Source of the DNA: Patescibacteria group bacterium
GTDB taxonomy: Bacteria; Patescibacteriota; Minisyncoccia; Phycocordibacterales; UBA9973
Assembly (NCBI GenBank): GCA_028865035.1
Contig: JAGWLB010000002.1
Span: 49,531-113,530 of the forward strand
DNA: 64,000 bases
Direction: 5' to 3'
Part shown: positions 62,938 to 64,000 of the stretch, in pieces
Position numbering within the stretch: position 1 is the first letter of the stretch
Layout: the number at the start of each line of letters is the position of its first letter
Program-made: the position numbers and the translations under genes
Notes under the pieces: generated by a model
What the model saw: the letters and a program-made list of their open reading frames with translations, nothing else
What the model was told of the DNA's origin: nothing
Database searches by the model: none

Positions 62938-64000
62938 TAAACCTACCATTCTTATAATTATTGGTATTTCAGGAGATTTATCAAAAAGAAAACTTTTGCC
63001 GGCTATTGGGCAAATTGGGGCAAATGGTAAGTTACCAGATTATTTTAAAATAGTTGGGGTAACTAGACAATCTGATATAAATTTAGAAAGTCTATTACAA
63101 AATACTATTAATAAAGATTGCTTACGTAAAAATACTGAAATCTTCCAAATGGACATAGAAGAAAGTATGGAATATAGAAGATTACAAGATCGTTTAAATG
63201 ATATAGAAAAAGAATTCGGGTCAACCTCTCAATATTTATTTTATTTTTCTGTCCCACCTAAGGTTACAGAATCCATTATTAAATTAATAGGTGAATCTGA
63301 TTTATTGAAACATGATATTAAACTTCTGCTAGAGAAACCATTTGGCACAGATTTAAAAAGTGCTAAAGATTTAATAATCTATATTGATAAATATTTTAAA
63401 AAAGAGCAAGTATACAGAATCGATCATTATTTAGCTAAAGAAGCAGCGCAGAATATTATAATTTTCCGTGATAGTAATTCTCTGTTTAAAAAAACTTGGA
63501 ATAAAAATTTTATAAAGAAGATTGAAATAAGTGTAAGCGAAGAAATAGGTATAGAAGGACGAGTTAAGTTTTATGAGCAGACTGGAGCATTGCGTGATCT
63601 TATCCAAAGTCATCTTTTGCAATTATTAGCTCTTGTTATTATGGATATACCCGAAAATTTTAATTTTAAAGAAATACCTCATTTAAGATATAAAGCTCTC
63701 AGTAATCTTCATTTGAAATCTGTAAAGTCGACACAGGATAGTGCTATTCGTGGTCAATACATAGGTTATCGTGAAGAGGTAAATAACTTAAACAGTATGA
63801 CAGAAACTTTTGCATCTATTAACCTAGAATCAGATGATCCAAATTGGAAAGATGTTGATATTAAATTAACTACAGGTAAAGCCTTAGATAAAAAATTTGC
63901 AGAAATTAAGATTTTATACAAAAAAATTAAAACTTATGAATCGAATGAACTATTGATAAATCTACAACCAAATGAAAAAATATCTTTAGGTATTTCAATA
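62930..64000 (+). CDS. zwf: Glucose-6-phosphate dehydrogenase (partial, runs off the window)
   Basis: Translated by hand: GISGDLSKRKLLP, EKPFG.DL, RIDHYLAK, GALRD..QSHL. Confidence 0.93.
   Translation, partial: MNNKPTILIIIGISGDLSKRKLLPAIGQIGANGKLPDYFKIVGVTRQSDINLESLLQNTINKDCLRKNTEIFQMDIEESMEYRRLQDRLNDIEKEFGSTSQYLFYFSVPPKVTESIIKLIGESDLLKHDIKLLLEKPFGTDLKSAKDLIIYIDKYFKKEQVYRIDHYLAKEAAQNIIIFRDSNSLFKKTWNKNFIKKIEISVSEEIGIEGRVKFYEQTGALRDLIQSHLLQLLALVIMDIPENFNFKEIPHLRYKALSNLHLKSVKSTQDSAIRGQYIGYREEVNNLNSMTETFASINLESDDPNWKDVDIKLTTGKALDKKFAEIKILYKKIKTYESNELLINLQPNEKISLGISI

Overview
AT-rich chromosomal window from a Patescibacteria (CPR), probably a Parcubacteria-type bacterium. This is inferred from the divergent stand-alone 16S rRNA lacking the anti-Shine-Dalgarno tail, the gene set and the CPR-style secreted proteins. 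Housekeeping content: parB, rel, topA, dprA, serS, ftsQ-like, dus, dnaX, rmuC, obgE, secA, dnaE, rnhB, an M1 peptidase, pgl-gnd-zwf, 16S rRNA, RNase P RNA and four tRNAs. The most unusual features cluster at tRNA 3' ends. (1) A ~225-nt RNA next to tRNA-Asn has a putative promoter and terminator of its own and is built from rearranged, universally conserved 16S rRNA core elements, including a complete helix 18 with a compensated pseudoknot. (2) Arrays of single-gene cassettes separated by 28-bp 11-6-11 sites lie downstream of tRNA-Gln and tRNA-Asn. (3) Two ~120-nt structured elements share one architecture, and each carries antisense and sense copies of its own neighbouring tRNA 3' end. (4) An 18-bp palindrome is inserted in-frame in topA, in a cassette site (filled and empty alleles both visible) and, as a variant, in rnpB. 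All calls come from reading the sequence by eye; no searches or folding programs were run.
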